Shown here: in pieces, positions 41,464 through 49,650 of the stretch
How the letters are laid out: every line of letters starts with the position of its first letter
Numbering within the stretch: the stretch's first letter is position 1
IMG/VR virus record: IMGVR_UViG_3300001765_000143
Strand: one strand, 5' to 3'
Origin: a virus
DNA: 55,575 nucleotides
Translations under genes and position numbers: made by a program
The notes under the pieces: generated by a model
Database searches by the model: none
Told to the model about the DNA's origin: nothing
Seen by the model: the letters and a program-made list of their open reading frames with translations, nothing else

Positions 41464-42619
41464 AGTACTACTGGCTAAAATAGAAGAGATCAGCGCCACG
41501 TTACAACCACTGCGTGGCGAGAAAGGCAACGATGGTAAGGACGCAAACGAAGAAAAAATAACCCAAGAAGTTTTAAAGGTCATTAGTCAGGATACAAAAC
41601 AGTCTCAAGCTTTGCTACAAAAAGAACTAGAGCTGGGATTAAAAGATATCAAGTCATCTATCCCAGTTCCGAAAGACGGAGTTGATGGTAAGGATGGAAA
41701 GTCAATCAAAGGCAAAAAAGGTGATAGGGGCAATGGAATAATAGATGCAAAGATAAATGACGAAGATCGCCTTATTATTGAAACCGATGACAAAACTATA
41801 GATGCAGGCGAGGTATCCATTAAGCGTTTTTCTCGTGGAGGAGGCGGAGGAGGTGGTAGTTTTTTTTACACAAACGAGTTGCCAATGCCAGCTGATGTTG
41901 GTCTTCTTCCTAAGGGTACAAAGTTTAAAGATACCGATTTAAAAGTACTATTTACAAAGTTACTATATGGCTATAATTTTCCTAAATTCGTTGATTTTTT
42001 GATTAGCGGATTATTAGATAATGTAGAAATAGGCTATTCAATAATTGCAGGAGATTATCAGGCTAATTTTATGATTAGCGACCCAGAATTATTACGACCT
42101 GATTCAATTAGTATCTTAAAAGAAGGACAAGTTTTATTAGAGAATCTGCCTAATGTCTCGCCAGTTAATGTTACTCTAGCAGGAGAAACAAAAAATACGA
42201 TAGACGTTATTACTTTCGAGATATTTGCCTATGACACAACAGGGGTCAGTTTTAACAAGTATTTCACTTTAAATTACAAATACAAAATTTATTACGGAGA
42301 ATATGATGATGATATTACTGACACTGGTTTACCCAATCCATTAATTGTACTCAGAGCAAAAGAATTAGTTGTAGATATTTACGGCGAGTATTTTTTTCAG
42401 AATATCCCTTTAGGCTCTAATTATAAATGGTTTTGTTATCCTTCTATACTAGGCGAAAACTATATTTTCTATGATACTGTAAGCGATATTGCCTTAATTT
42501 TAAATGATGTATTGAAGCTCAATATAACTAATGAACATGGGTTGGTTATTGAATATAACTGTTACCGTACTTTAAATGAAATACACGAAGATATTATAAT
42601 GAAGGTAAAAAATGGATAG
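41402..42619 (+). CDS. Periodic-repeat virion-associated protein, C-terminal frame (+1 relative to 40618-41463)
   Basis: Continues the repeats (LRGEKGNDGKDANEE, IPVPKDGVDGKDGKSIKGKKGDRGNG), a G7 linker, then a ~260-aa beta-rich C-terminal domain. Only a TTG/ATG start without SD. Confidence 0.6.
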   Translation: MMQFGVLHEKSQELIKQELLKVLLAKIEEISATLQPLRGEKGNDGKDANEEKITQEVLKVISQDTKQSQALLQKELELGLKDIKSSIPVPKDGVDGKDGKSIKGKKGDRGNGIIDAKINDEDRLIIETDDKTIDAGEVSIKRFSRGGGGGGGSFFYTNELPMPADVGLLPKGTKFKDTDLKVLFTKLLYGYNFPKFVDFLISGLLDNVEIGYSIIAGDYQANFMISDPELLRPDSISILKEGQVLLENLPNVSPVNVTLAGETKNTIDVITFEIFAYDTTGVSFNKYFTLNYKYKIYYGEYDDDITDTGLPNPLIVLRAKELVVDIYGEYFFQNIPLGSNYKWFCYPSILGENYIFYDTVSDIALILNDVLKLNITNEHGLVIEYNCYRTLNEIHEDIIMKVKNG

Positions 42620-43649
42620 TAATACAATTAGAGTGTTATCGTTTGATGGCGGAGGAGTTAGGGGGATAATAACCTCAACTCTACTTGATCTCTTTTGCAA
42701 TCAAGCAGGCATACCCGCAAATCAGATATATAAATATTTTGACATTATCTGCGGCACTTCCATAGGTGGTATTCAAGCTTTAGCGTACGCTAAAGGTTTA
42801 ACCCCATCTTATGTTAAAGATATGTTAATCAATAATGCATCCAGTATTTTTAATTGCACTTATCCAATACCGAGTGGAGGACAAGCAGGTATTGGTACTT
42901 GGGCTGGATATTTAAGTGGAACTTACAGTTCTTTATATTCGCAAACACCACTGGCTAATTTGATTAATGATACTTTCGGTCTAGATACCATTAGCAGTTA
43001 TCAAACAAATGTACTAATTCCAGCTTTTCAACGTTCTAATAGTAATGGAGTTACCAATGTTCCTGTTTATTTTTCTAATATATCTGCTTTGCTTGTTCCG
43101 TATTTATCTGGTCAAAGTGAATTATCGGCTAATATTGCACTAGCAACTAGTGCAGCTCCTGTTTATTTTCCACCAGCTACATTTAATGGATGTACTTATG
43201 TTGACGGAGGAATTTTTTTAAATAATGCTTCTTCAATGGCTTTGTCAGTACAAAGAGCCATTAGATCAACGGCAAATCGTTTTTGTGTTCTTTCAATAGG
43301 TACAGGTTTAGGTAGTATTGGTTATATTCCTAATGAATCTGTTGCCAATAAAAAAACATTATTAAGAGGAGCTCTTGATAATCTTAAGACAATAAAAATG
43401 GTAATGGATGTCTCTATGAGTATTCCACCAGAAGGAGTATCAGTAGAGCAACAGCTTATTGCTGATTATACAGTTGCAAATTCTTATTATTGTAGGATGC
43501 AATACCCGATTGATCTAAGTCAAGAGCCTGATAGTTCATTGGATAATCCTAGCTCTGAATTTATTCAATATATGCAAGATTCAGCGGCGATATATTTTAA
43601 TAATGATATTGCTAATATAACTAATTTTACAGGTCATTTATTAGCATGA
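42612..43649 (+). CDS. Patatin-like phospholipase
   Basis: Oxyanion FDGGGVRG, nucleophile GTSIGG (GxSxG), catalytic Asp YVDGGIFLNN; overlaps both neighbours. Confidence 0.9.
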   Translation: MDSNTIRVLSFDGGGVRGIITSTLLDLFCNQAGIPANQIYKYFDIICGTSIGGIQALAYAKGLTPSYVKDMLINNASSIFNCTYPIPSGGQAGIGTWAGYLSGTYSSLYSQTPLANLINDTFGLDTISSYQTNVLIPAFQRSNSNGVTNVPVYFSNISALLVPYLSGQSELSANIALATSAAPVYFPPATFNGCTYVDGGIFLNNASSMALSVQRAIRSTANRFCVLSIGTGLGSIGYIPNESVANKKTLLRGALDNLKTIKMVMDVSMSIPPEGVSVEQQLIADYTVANSYYCRMQYPIDLSQEPDSSLDNPSSEFIQYMQDSAAIYFNNDIANITNFTGHLLA

Positions 43650-45889
43650 AAGGCGTAAAGGTAAGTAATTTTATAGTTCCGATGAGTGTTACAGACACTT
43701 ACCCTACCAATTTGGATATATTTGGCAGGGGAGGAATACATAGCGTTGACACAATTCCAAATAGGGACTCCATAACTACGGAGCGACGTAGCGAGGGCAT
43801 GCTTTCTTTTACCAAAAACAACGAGTCTATGTACGCCCTTTTAGGAGGGATTACTAATGACAAATGGTTTAAGTTATTTGATTTCTCGGATAATAAGATC
43901 AATTTCAATATTGCCTGCGATACTAATTATGTATTACTTGGCAATAAAGACGGAGTTGCTAAGCCGTCCCCCACATTAATAGATGTACAATTTGATATTA
44001 TCAATTTGCGTCGCAAGATTGATAAAGTAGGGATATTAGAATATAACCATATATGGATTGGAGATTATACCAACAGATCAGTTGCACAAAAGACTATCGG
44101 TGTAAATAATTTGCCTTTATTAGGAGCGGCTCAATTTCCTTTACCTTTTAGCTTAGAATCTATTGCTTTACCAAACCCTACATTTAGCCCTACTTCGCCG
44201 TTAGCTTATATAATGAGTGGGGCGTGGTTGCCTCAAATATATGCTGGTAATCCTGGCAAATTAGATTATACGCAGACAGAAACGATAATATCTAGCTCCT
44301 TAGCTATGACTCAAATTAAGGTAGCTCAGGCACTAAAAAGAATCGATCAAGGCGGATTAATAGTTAAAAGTAAAAACATAAGTTTTTTATGGGAAAATCC
44401 ACTTGCTAATGCAATCCCCGAAGAAGTTGCTCAATTGTACGATTACGGAACGACATATACTTTTGATAAGGCGCAAGCATTAGATGAGATAGATGCGGGT
44501 TTACTAAAGCAAAATGTCGGACAAGGGGTCAAAGGTGATGGGCAATTAGTAAAGGCTATTTCAGGAGAGGATTATGTCGATGCGGTTGTAAATCCTATAG
44601 GATTTGTTTGTGTTATAGATCCTTTATTTCCCAATGTTTCAGGTCGTAAACTTATATCTCCGTCAACTCAAAGGGTAAGAAAAAAACAACCTAATGAATT
44701 CAGTGCGTTTACAGATGTAACAGTAGCAACACCTATTTTTGATGTATTGGCTTTAAAAAGTAAATATTTAAATGTTGGGAGTATAACACAAAAGCTTATT
44801 AAGGGTGATAATGAGGGGAATATTGTTGCTGCTATTGATGGGGAAGATTATATATCTCCTTCCGATGAAACATATGCGACTCTCGCTGAAACCGTTGCGA
44901 ATATATTGGGTTCGAAAATTATTAAAAATGAACAACAAGGAACTGCGCCTTTAGCAACGATACAAGAAGCAAATATTGTCGCAAAAAAAACTCGTGAAGA
45001 AACGCATGGCACCTCTAGCACGGCACTTGATGTTGCTGCTGGAACTCTTGGGGTAGCTTTAGTTGTGGGTGCAGCAGGTGCTGCTTCAGTTGTAGCTTTA
45101 CCTGGTGTGGCTTTAGCTGGAACGGCAATAGCGGCTGCCGCACTTTTTGATTATATATTTAAACCTTTCGGTTCAAAGGAAGGAAGGAATTTACAAGCTG
45201 TACCAGAGCTTACGAATGAACAAAAAATTAATTATACATATGGTTTGTTAACAAAAGGCGGTTTTCTTAATACAAACAATACTTATAAGTCAGTTGATTT
45301 AAATGATTATGCTTATTTAAGCAGTCCTTGGATTGGTGAAAATGGACAATTTAATTTTAAATTTTGTGATACCCTGCAACATACTTTAGGGTTTGATGTT
45401 TACGATAGAGGAAAGGGTACATTATGGTTTGATTCATGGGGAAAATCAAGAGATACAACATTCGGTGAAAAAAGCGAACCAGGACTTCGTATTTTCTCAT
45501 GGAATTCTGGGGGTGATGGTGTTGATTACCAAGGTGAAGGTCTCGCTCCGTTACATATTGGGTTATTTGGATATGATGCACCAAGAAGTCAAAATGTAAA
45601 TAATAGATATAATGGGTTTATTCTTAGATCGGAATTTTATAATCTACCCGGTAATTTAGAAGATAAAACCCCTGAAAATTTTGGTCTTTATTTAGCTTCT
45701 AAAAGTTTTAGCAGTAGCCAACCTAAAGCTGGTTTTGATAGTCTCAATACTATTTTTGAATATGATCTTACTAATTTTAATTTTGAAAAACCTGTAAAAT
45801 TTAATAAGAATTTCATTTTACCAGTAATAAAAAAAGCAGATATTCCTTTGAATCCACCGCTAGGTATGGTATTATTAGTGGAATTTTAA
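43646..45889 (+). CDS. Large fibre-like protein with internal Gly/Ala-rich hydrophobic segment
   Basis: N-terminal VPMSVTDTYPTNLDIFGRGGIHSVDTIPNRDSITTERRSEGML...NDKWF (fibre-type signature); TLGVALVVGAAGAASVVALPGVALAGTAIAAAALF at ~45040-45145. Confidence 0.5.
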   Translation: MKGVKVSNFIVPMSVTDTYPTNLDIFGRGGIHSVDTIPNRDSITTERRSEGMLSFTKNNESMYALLGGITNDKWFKLFDFSDNKINFNIACDTNYVLLGNKDGVAKPSPTLIDVQFDIINLRRKIDKVGILEYNHIWIGDYTNRSVAQKTIGVNNLPLLGAAQFPLPFSLESIALPNPTFSPTSPLAYIMSGAWLPQIYAGNPGKLDYTQTETIISSSLAMTQIKVAQALKRIDQGGLIVKSKNISFLWENPLANAIPEEVAQLYDYGTTYTFDKAQALDEIDAGLLKQNVGQGVKGDGQLVKAISGEDYVDAVVNPIGFVCVIDPLFPNVSGRKLISPSTQRVRKKQPNEFSAFTDVTVATPIFDVLALKSKYLNVGSITQKLIKGDNEGNIVAAIDGEDYISPSDETYATLAETVANILGSKIIKNEQQGTAPLATIQEANIVAKKTREETHGTSSTALDVAAGTLGVALVVGAAGAASVVALPGVALAGTAIAAAALFDYIFKPFGSKEGRNLQAVPELTNEQKINYTYGLLTKGGFLNTNNTYKSVDLNDYAYLSSPWIGENGQFNFKFCDTLQHTLGFDVYDRGKGTLWFDSWGKSRDTTFGEKSEPGLRIFSWNSGGDGVDYQGEGLAPLHIGLFGYDAPRSQNVNNRYNGFILRSEFYNLPGNLEDKTPENFGLYLASKSFSSSQPKAGFDSLNTIFEYDLTNFNFEKPVKFNKNFILPVIKKADIPLNPPLGMVLLVEF

Positions 45890-45914
45890 TACTAATAAAT
45901 ACTATATATAGATC

Positions 45915-46187
45915 GTGGCACTAAAATATAAACCCCTGTTAACTATAAAGGAAAAGACTCTTACTGAGCCTGCCGTTTTTCAATCGTTATCAACTGAGGT
46001 AACTGGTACGGCAAACCAAGTTAAAGTAACACCAGTTGCAAGTAGCGAATATAGCGGAGAAGATTATCAAATAGGGTTACCTGATAATGTGCTTTTGCCT
46101 GGACAATATGTTGGTATCCCGAAAGTTACGGTTTTACCAGTAGACCCTCCTTTATCTTCATTTTTTATATTGGAGAAAACAGTCTGA
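45915..46187 (+). CDS. Small fibre-associated protein (GTG start)
   Basis: (M)ALKYKPLLTIKEKTLTEPAVF...GTANQVKVTPV...QIGLPDNVLLPG; the N-terminus is paralogous to the next small ORF. Confidence 0.4.
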   Translation: MALKYKPLLTIKEKTLTEPAVFQSLSTEVTGTANQVKVTPVASSEYSGEDYQIGLPDNVLLPGQYVGIPKVTVLPVDPPLSSFFILEKTV

Positions 46188-46189
46188 TA

Positions 46190-46336
46190 ATGAAAAAGTT
46201 TAGTCCATTAATCACAATAAAAGAGAAAACAGCAAATAGTCCTGCCGAATTCTTAGAACTTATGACCAGCGAGTCATTGGAAATTGACGAAGATGTATAT
46301 GCTCTCCTACAAGCCTTAAATGATGAGGTGTTATAA
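46190..46336 (+). CDS. 48-aa ORF (below the track cutoff), N-terminal paralogue of 45915-46187
   Basis: MKKFSPLITIKEKTANSPAEFLELMTSESLEIDEDVYALLQALNDEVL; its stop overlaps ATG 46336. Confidence 0.3.
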   Translation: MKKFSPLITIKEKTANSPAEFLELMTSESLEIDEDVYALLQALNDEVL

Positions 46337-48162
46337 TGCCATTATTTCTAAAGTCATTTGATCCTACTGTAGATATATTCGGAAATAATCAGATATTTAG
46401 ATTTAATAATTCCTCAACTCCGTCAGATAATGACGGCGGTTTGTCTTTAGTTAATATGTTTGCTCCTACAGCTACTACTAAGGCTCTTATTAATTTAGAT
46501 TTTGTAAATTCAAGTTTTAAAGGTTTTAGATTCCAACAAGAGTCTTCACTAACTTCAATATATGGTAATTTCTCGCTACAGGCATATTCAAAGTTCGGAA
46601 CGACATCTGATATTTTCAAATATGATGAACAAACTAATACTTTAAATTTTCTAAAAAATACCTCAATTTTAGGTTCTGCTTTAGCTAGTCAGGCTTATGT
46701 TGATAATCATAATTGGTTATCAACCGATATAACGGATTTTAATATTGCCGTAACTAATATTATTACTCCATATAACTATTCTACTAAAGTTTACGTTGAT
46801 GCGCATACTTGGTTATCATCAAGTATTACTGATTTAGCAACAACTGTAAAAGCTTATACATTAAATAGTTTTGCTCTACCTACAGTGGATTTAAATTTAA
46901 ACTCTAAGAAAATTACGAGCTTAAGTAATGGAACGATAGCTACCGATGCAATTAACTTAGGTCAATTACAGGCATTGGGTTTATCAAGTTTAACAACTAA
47001 TGGGTTTCTAACACGCATTGCGGCTAATAGCTATCTTAACAGAACTATAGCGGTTGGTACTGGTCTTGGTATTGCAAATGCTGATGGTGTTGCAGGGAAT
47101 CCAACACTTTCTTTAACAAATTCAGGAGTAGTATCTGGTTCATATACTAATGTTAATGCTACTGTAGATAGCTATGGTCGTATTACTTCAATATCTAACG
47201 GTAGCTCAAGTGGAACAATTACACTCACTGGAGCAATTACCGGTTCTGGTAGTCTTGGTAGTTCTATTTCAACATCGCTAAATAGTATACAATCAATCAA
47301 CAATCTCTTAGCTTTTGAAACAACCACTAACACTGTTGCAAATTATGATTTTCGAAACAGTCTTCTAGGCACACCGTATGGAAGAATTTATTTAAATTTT
47401 AAAAAAACAACAACTAATGGTGATGTTAGACAGTTTATTTTGGAAAATGCGTTTGACAGCAATCAAGCCGGATATACCAACGCATTTTCTTTAGGTTACA
47501 AGTTTAATAGTGCTTACACCAATATTTTTACTTATCAAAGTACTTTAAATGAGTTTCAGTTTTACTGTTTAACTTCTTTTGACGCTGGGGTTAGTCTTAA
47601 AAACAATAATATTCAAAATGTAGGTAATCCTATTCTTGCGCAAGATGCCGCGACTAAGGCTTATGTGGATAGTGCTATTGTAACACCAATATTACCTTCT
47701 GTTATGCACGGATATCTATATAATAATCAAAGTACAAATATAGCAACTGGGGATCACATAAAATTTGATAATGCTGCTTTTACTAGAGGCACTGCTATAA
47801 CTCTTGATACATTTAGTACTTATAGTAACGCAGCTAATACTGCATCTATAGGACGTATCACTTTAGCAGCTGGAAAAACATACAAACTTACTGCTATAGC
47901 ATGTACTGCAAGTTTTGCTTCGACAAGTGCTTATTTAGGTTTGAAATGGCATAATAATACTACTAACACTCCTTTAGGAACAGTTAATACTTGGTGGGGA
48001 GGAGGTTTTAATTATACATCAGGAGGGGCAGTGGTGGCTTATATTACTACTACTGTTAGTACAAGGGTTGAGTTGCGTATTAATAATGTTTTATCCCTTA
48101 CATATCTATACGGCACTAGTGATTCAAATTCAGCAACATGGTTTACGGTAGAAGAAATATAA
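46336..48162 (+). CDS. Tail-fibre-like protein with C-terminal C1q/TNF-like jelly-roll candidate
   Basis: Fibre repeats (ASQAYVDNHNWLSTDITDF / KVYVDAHTWLSSSITDL), INLGQLQAL, NSGVVSGSYTNVNATVDSYGRITSISNG. C-terminal ...GDHIKFDNAAFTRG...GRITLAAGKTYKLTA...VELRINN...WFTVEEI. Confidence 0.6.
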   Translation: MPLFLKSFDPTVDIFGNNQIFRFNNSSTPSDNDGGLSLVNMFAPTATTKALINLDFVNSSFKGFRFQQESSLTSIYGNFSLQAYSKFGTTSDIFKYDEQTNTLNFLKNTSILGSALASQAYVDNHNWLSTDITDFNIAVTNIITPYNYSTKVYVDAHTWLSSSITDLATTVKAYTLNSFALPTVDLNLNSKKITSLSNGTIATDAINLGQLQALGLSSLTTNGFLTRIAANSYLNRTIAVGTGLGIANADGVAGNPTLSLTNSGVVSGSYTNVNATVDSYGRITSISNGSSSGTITLTGAITGSGSLGSSISTSLNSIQSINNLLAFETTTNTVANYDFRNSLLGTPYGRIYLNFKKTTTNGDVRQFILENAFDSNQAGYTNAFSLGYKFNSAYTNIFTYQSTLNEFQFYCLTSFDAGVSLKNNNIQNVGNPILAQDAATKAYVDSAIVTPILPSVMHGYLYNNQSTNIATGDHIKFDNAAFTRGTAITLDTFSTYSNAANTASIGRITLAAGKTYKLTAIACTASFASTSAYLGLKWHNNTTNTPLGTVNTWWGGGFNYTSGGAVVAYITTTVSTRVELRINNVLSLTYLYGTSDSNSATWFTVEEI

Positions 48163-48201
48163 TAAATTTAATCAATTTAATTTAATTTAAGGAAAAAAAA
48201 T

Positions 48202-48516
48202 ATGTCAAAAATAAAAGATGATACTGGTACTCCGGGATCAGAAAAATTAGAAAAAATAACACCAGTCGAGATTAATACTATAAATACTATGTTGCCAATG
48301 GATTATGAGGCTCTTGAGTATCTCTCTTGGTTTATGACAGATAGCCAAAACGTACAGAATTGGGCGGGAAATATTTTTAGAGGCGGTATCGATACTAGTG
48401 ACCCAAGACTTGTAAGTTTACTTTCCGCTGCAAATAAATCCATAAAAGAGACGGAAGACGATATTGCTAAAATAAAAGAGTGTTTGGCAAAAATTATACC
48501 AGTAAATTCAAAATAA
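48202..48516 (+). CDS. Hypothetical protein (possible fibre assembly factor, by position)
   Basis: 104-aa ORF after the fibre gene. Confidence 0.4.
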   Translation: MSKIKDDTGTPGSEKLEKITPVEINTINTMLPMDYEALEYLSWFMTDSQNVQNWAGNIFRGGIDTSDPRLVSLLSAANKSIKETEDDIAKIKECLAKIIPVNSK

Positions 48517-48538
48517 TTTAAATTAAAGAGAGGATAAT

Positions 48539-48739
48539 ATGAAGGATGTAAATAGCGTGAATGATATAGCAAAAATTTTACAACTTCTGCCAAAATATAC
48601 GCAAGCATTGAATAATGATAGCGTTTTATATTTTTCGGACGAAGAGGCGATGGCTAGTCCTGAACGTAAGGTTTTGGTAGTTAAAGATATAATGATGATC
48701 GAAGAATTGCTTACGTATCTAAAGAAAAGCTTAGCTTAA
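48539..48739 (+). CDS. Hypothetical protein
   Basis: 66-aa ORF with SD gagagg. Confidence 0.4.
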   Translation: MKDVNSVNDIAKILQLLPKYTQALNNDSVLYFSDEEAMASPERKVLVVKDIMMIEELLTYLKKSLA

Positions 48740-48760
48740 ATAAGATATTGATAAGTAGAA

Positions 48761-49600
48761 ATGTATAAATTAGGCTTGCTAGTTACTCTTCCTACAACTG
48801 CAAAGCTTAGGTATGAGGAGTATTTACTAGATCTAGTTAGAAAAGTTAGTTTTCTTATAAAGAAAACGTTAGTTATTGATGGTGTTTTTACGGAAGATTA
48901 TAAGAAACTCACAAGAACTGACAATGATTTTAATTATGATTTTGAGAATATAATTAAACTTATCGAAGCTAAAATAGTTTCTGAATTACATCTTTTCTTT
49001 AAAAAAATCACTCGTGCCGCTGTTATTACAGAGAAATTTAATTATAAGGCCGTTGAAAAGTCATTAAACGGCGTCAAGAAATCAATCCCTACTCTAAGGA
49101 ATGCTAAAGTTCAGAGTGAGATGAAGATGTGGGTATCCGAGAATGTAAGATTAATAAAAACAATCCCAGAGAAAATGCTCACTCAAGTTGAAGAGATTGT
49201 ATACACAGCTGTTAGAGCTGGCGTGACCCATACAGAACTTAGTAAAAGATTAGTTGAGTCTTTTGGTATATCTAAAAGAAGAGCCGTTATTATCGCAAGG
49301 GATCAGATCAATAAACTAAGTGGCAACCTAACAAGAGTAAGAAATTTAGAGCTAGATATTGATGAATATAAATGGCTAACAAGTAGGGATGATAGATGCA
49401 GACCTTCTCACAAAGTACTAGAAGGCAAGATTTGTTCTTGGGAAGATGTTAATGTGTACAAGTCTGTTGATAAATCAGTGGATAAAGATGTGGATAACTC
49501 AAGAAAATGGTTGCAACGCTCGTCAATAGGCGGTACAATATCTCATCCGTCTCAAGATGTGCTATGTAGATGCACATCTATTCCAATCATAAAAATCTAA
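48761..49600 (+). CDS. Head morphogenesis protein (SPP1 gp7 / Mu F-like)
   Basis: ARDQINKLSGNLTRVRNLELDIDEYKWLTSRDDRCRPSHKVLEGKI. Confidence 0.8.
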   Translation: MYKLGLLVTLPTTAKLRYEEYLLDLVRKVSFLIKKTLVIDGVFTEDYKKLTRTDNDFNYDFENIIKLIEAKIVSELHLFFKKITRAAVITEKFNYKAVEKSLNGVKKSIPTLRNAKVQSEMKMWVSENVRLIKTIPEKMLTQVEEIVYTAVRAGVTHTELSKRLVESFGISKRRAVIIARDQINKLSGNLTRVRNLELDIDEYKWLTSRDDRCRPSHKVLEGKICSWEDVNVYKSVDKSVDKDVDNSRKWLQRSSIGGTISHPSQDVLCRCTSIPIIKI

Positions 49601-49650
49601 AGGTTTTTAGTTTAGGACGAAGACACTAATCAATTTGTTCTAAATGCAAA

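Noticed and set aside
41838-41860. Gly7-encoding ggaggaggcggaggaggtggt run as a possible G-quadruplex or recombination signal
   Set aside because: It is most simply a flexible Gly linker between the repeat region and the C-terminal domain; G-runs are too short for a stable quadruplex.
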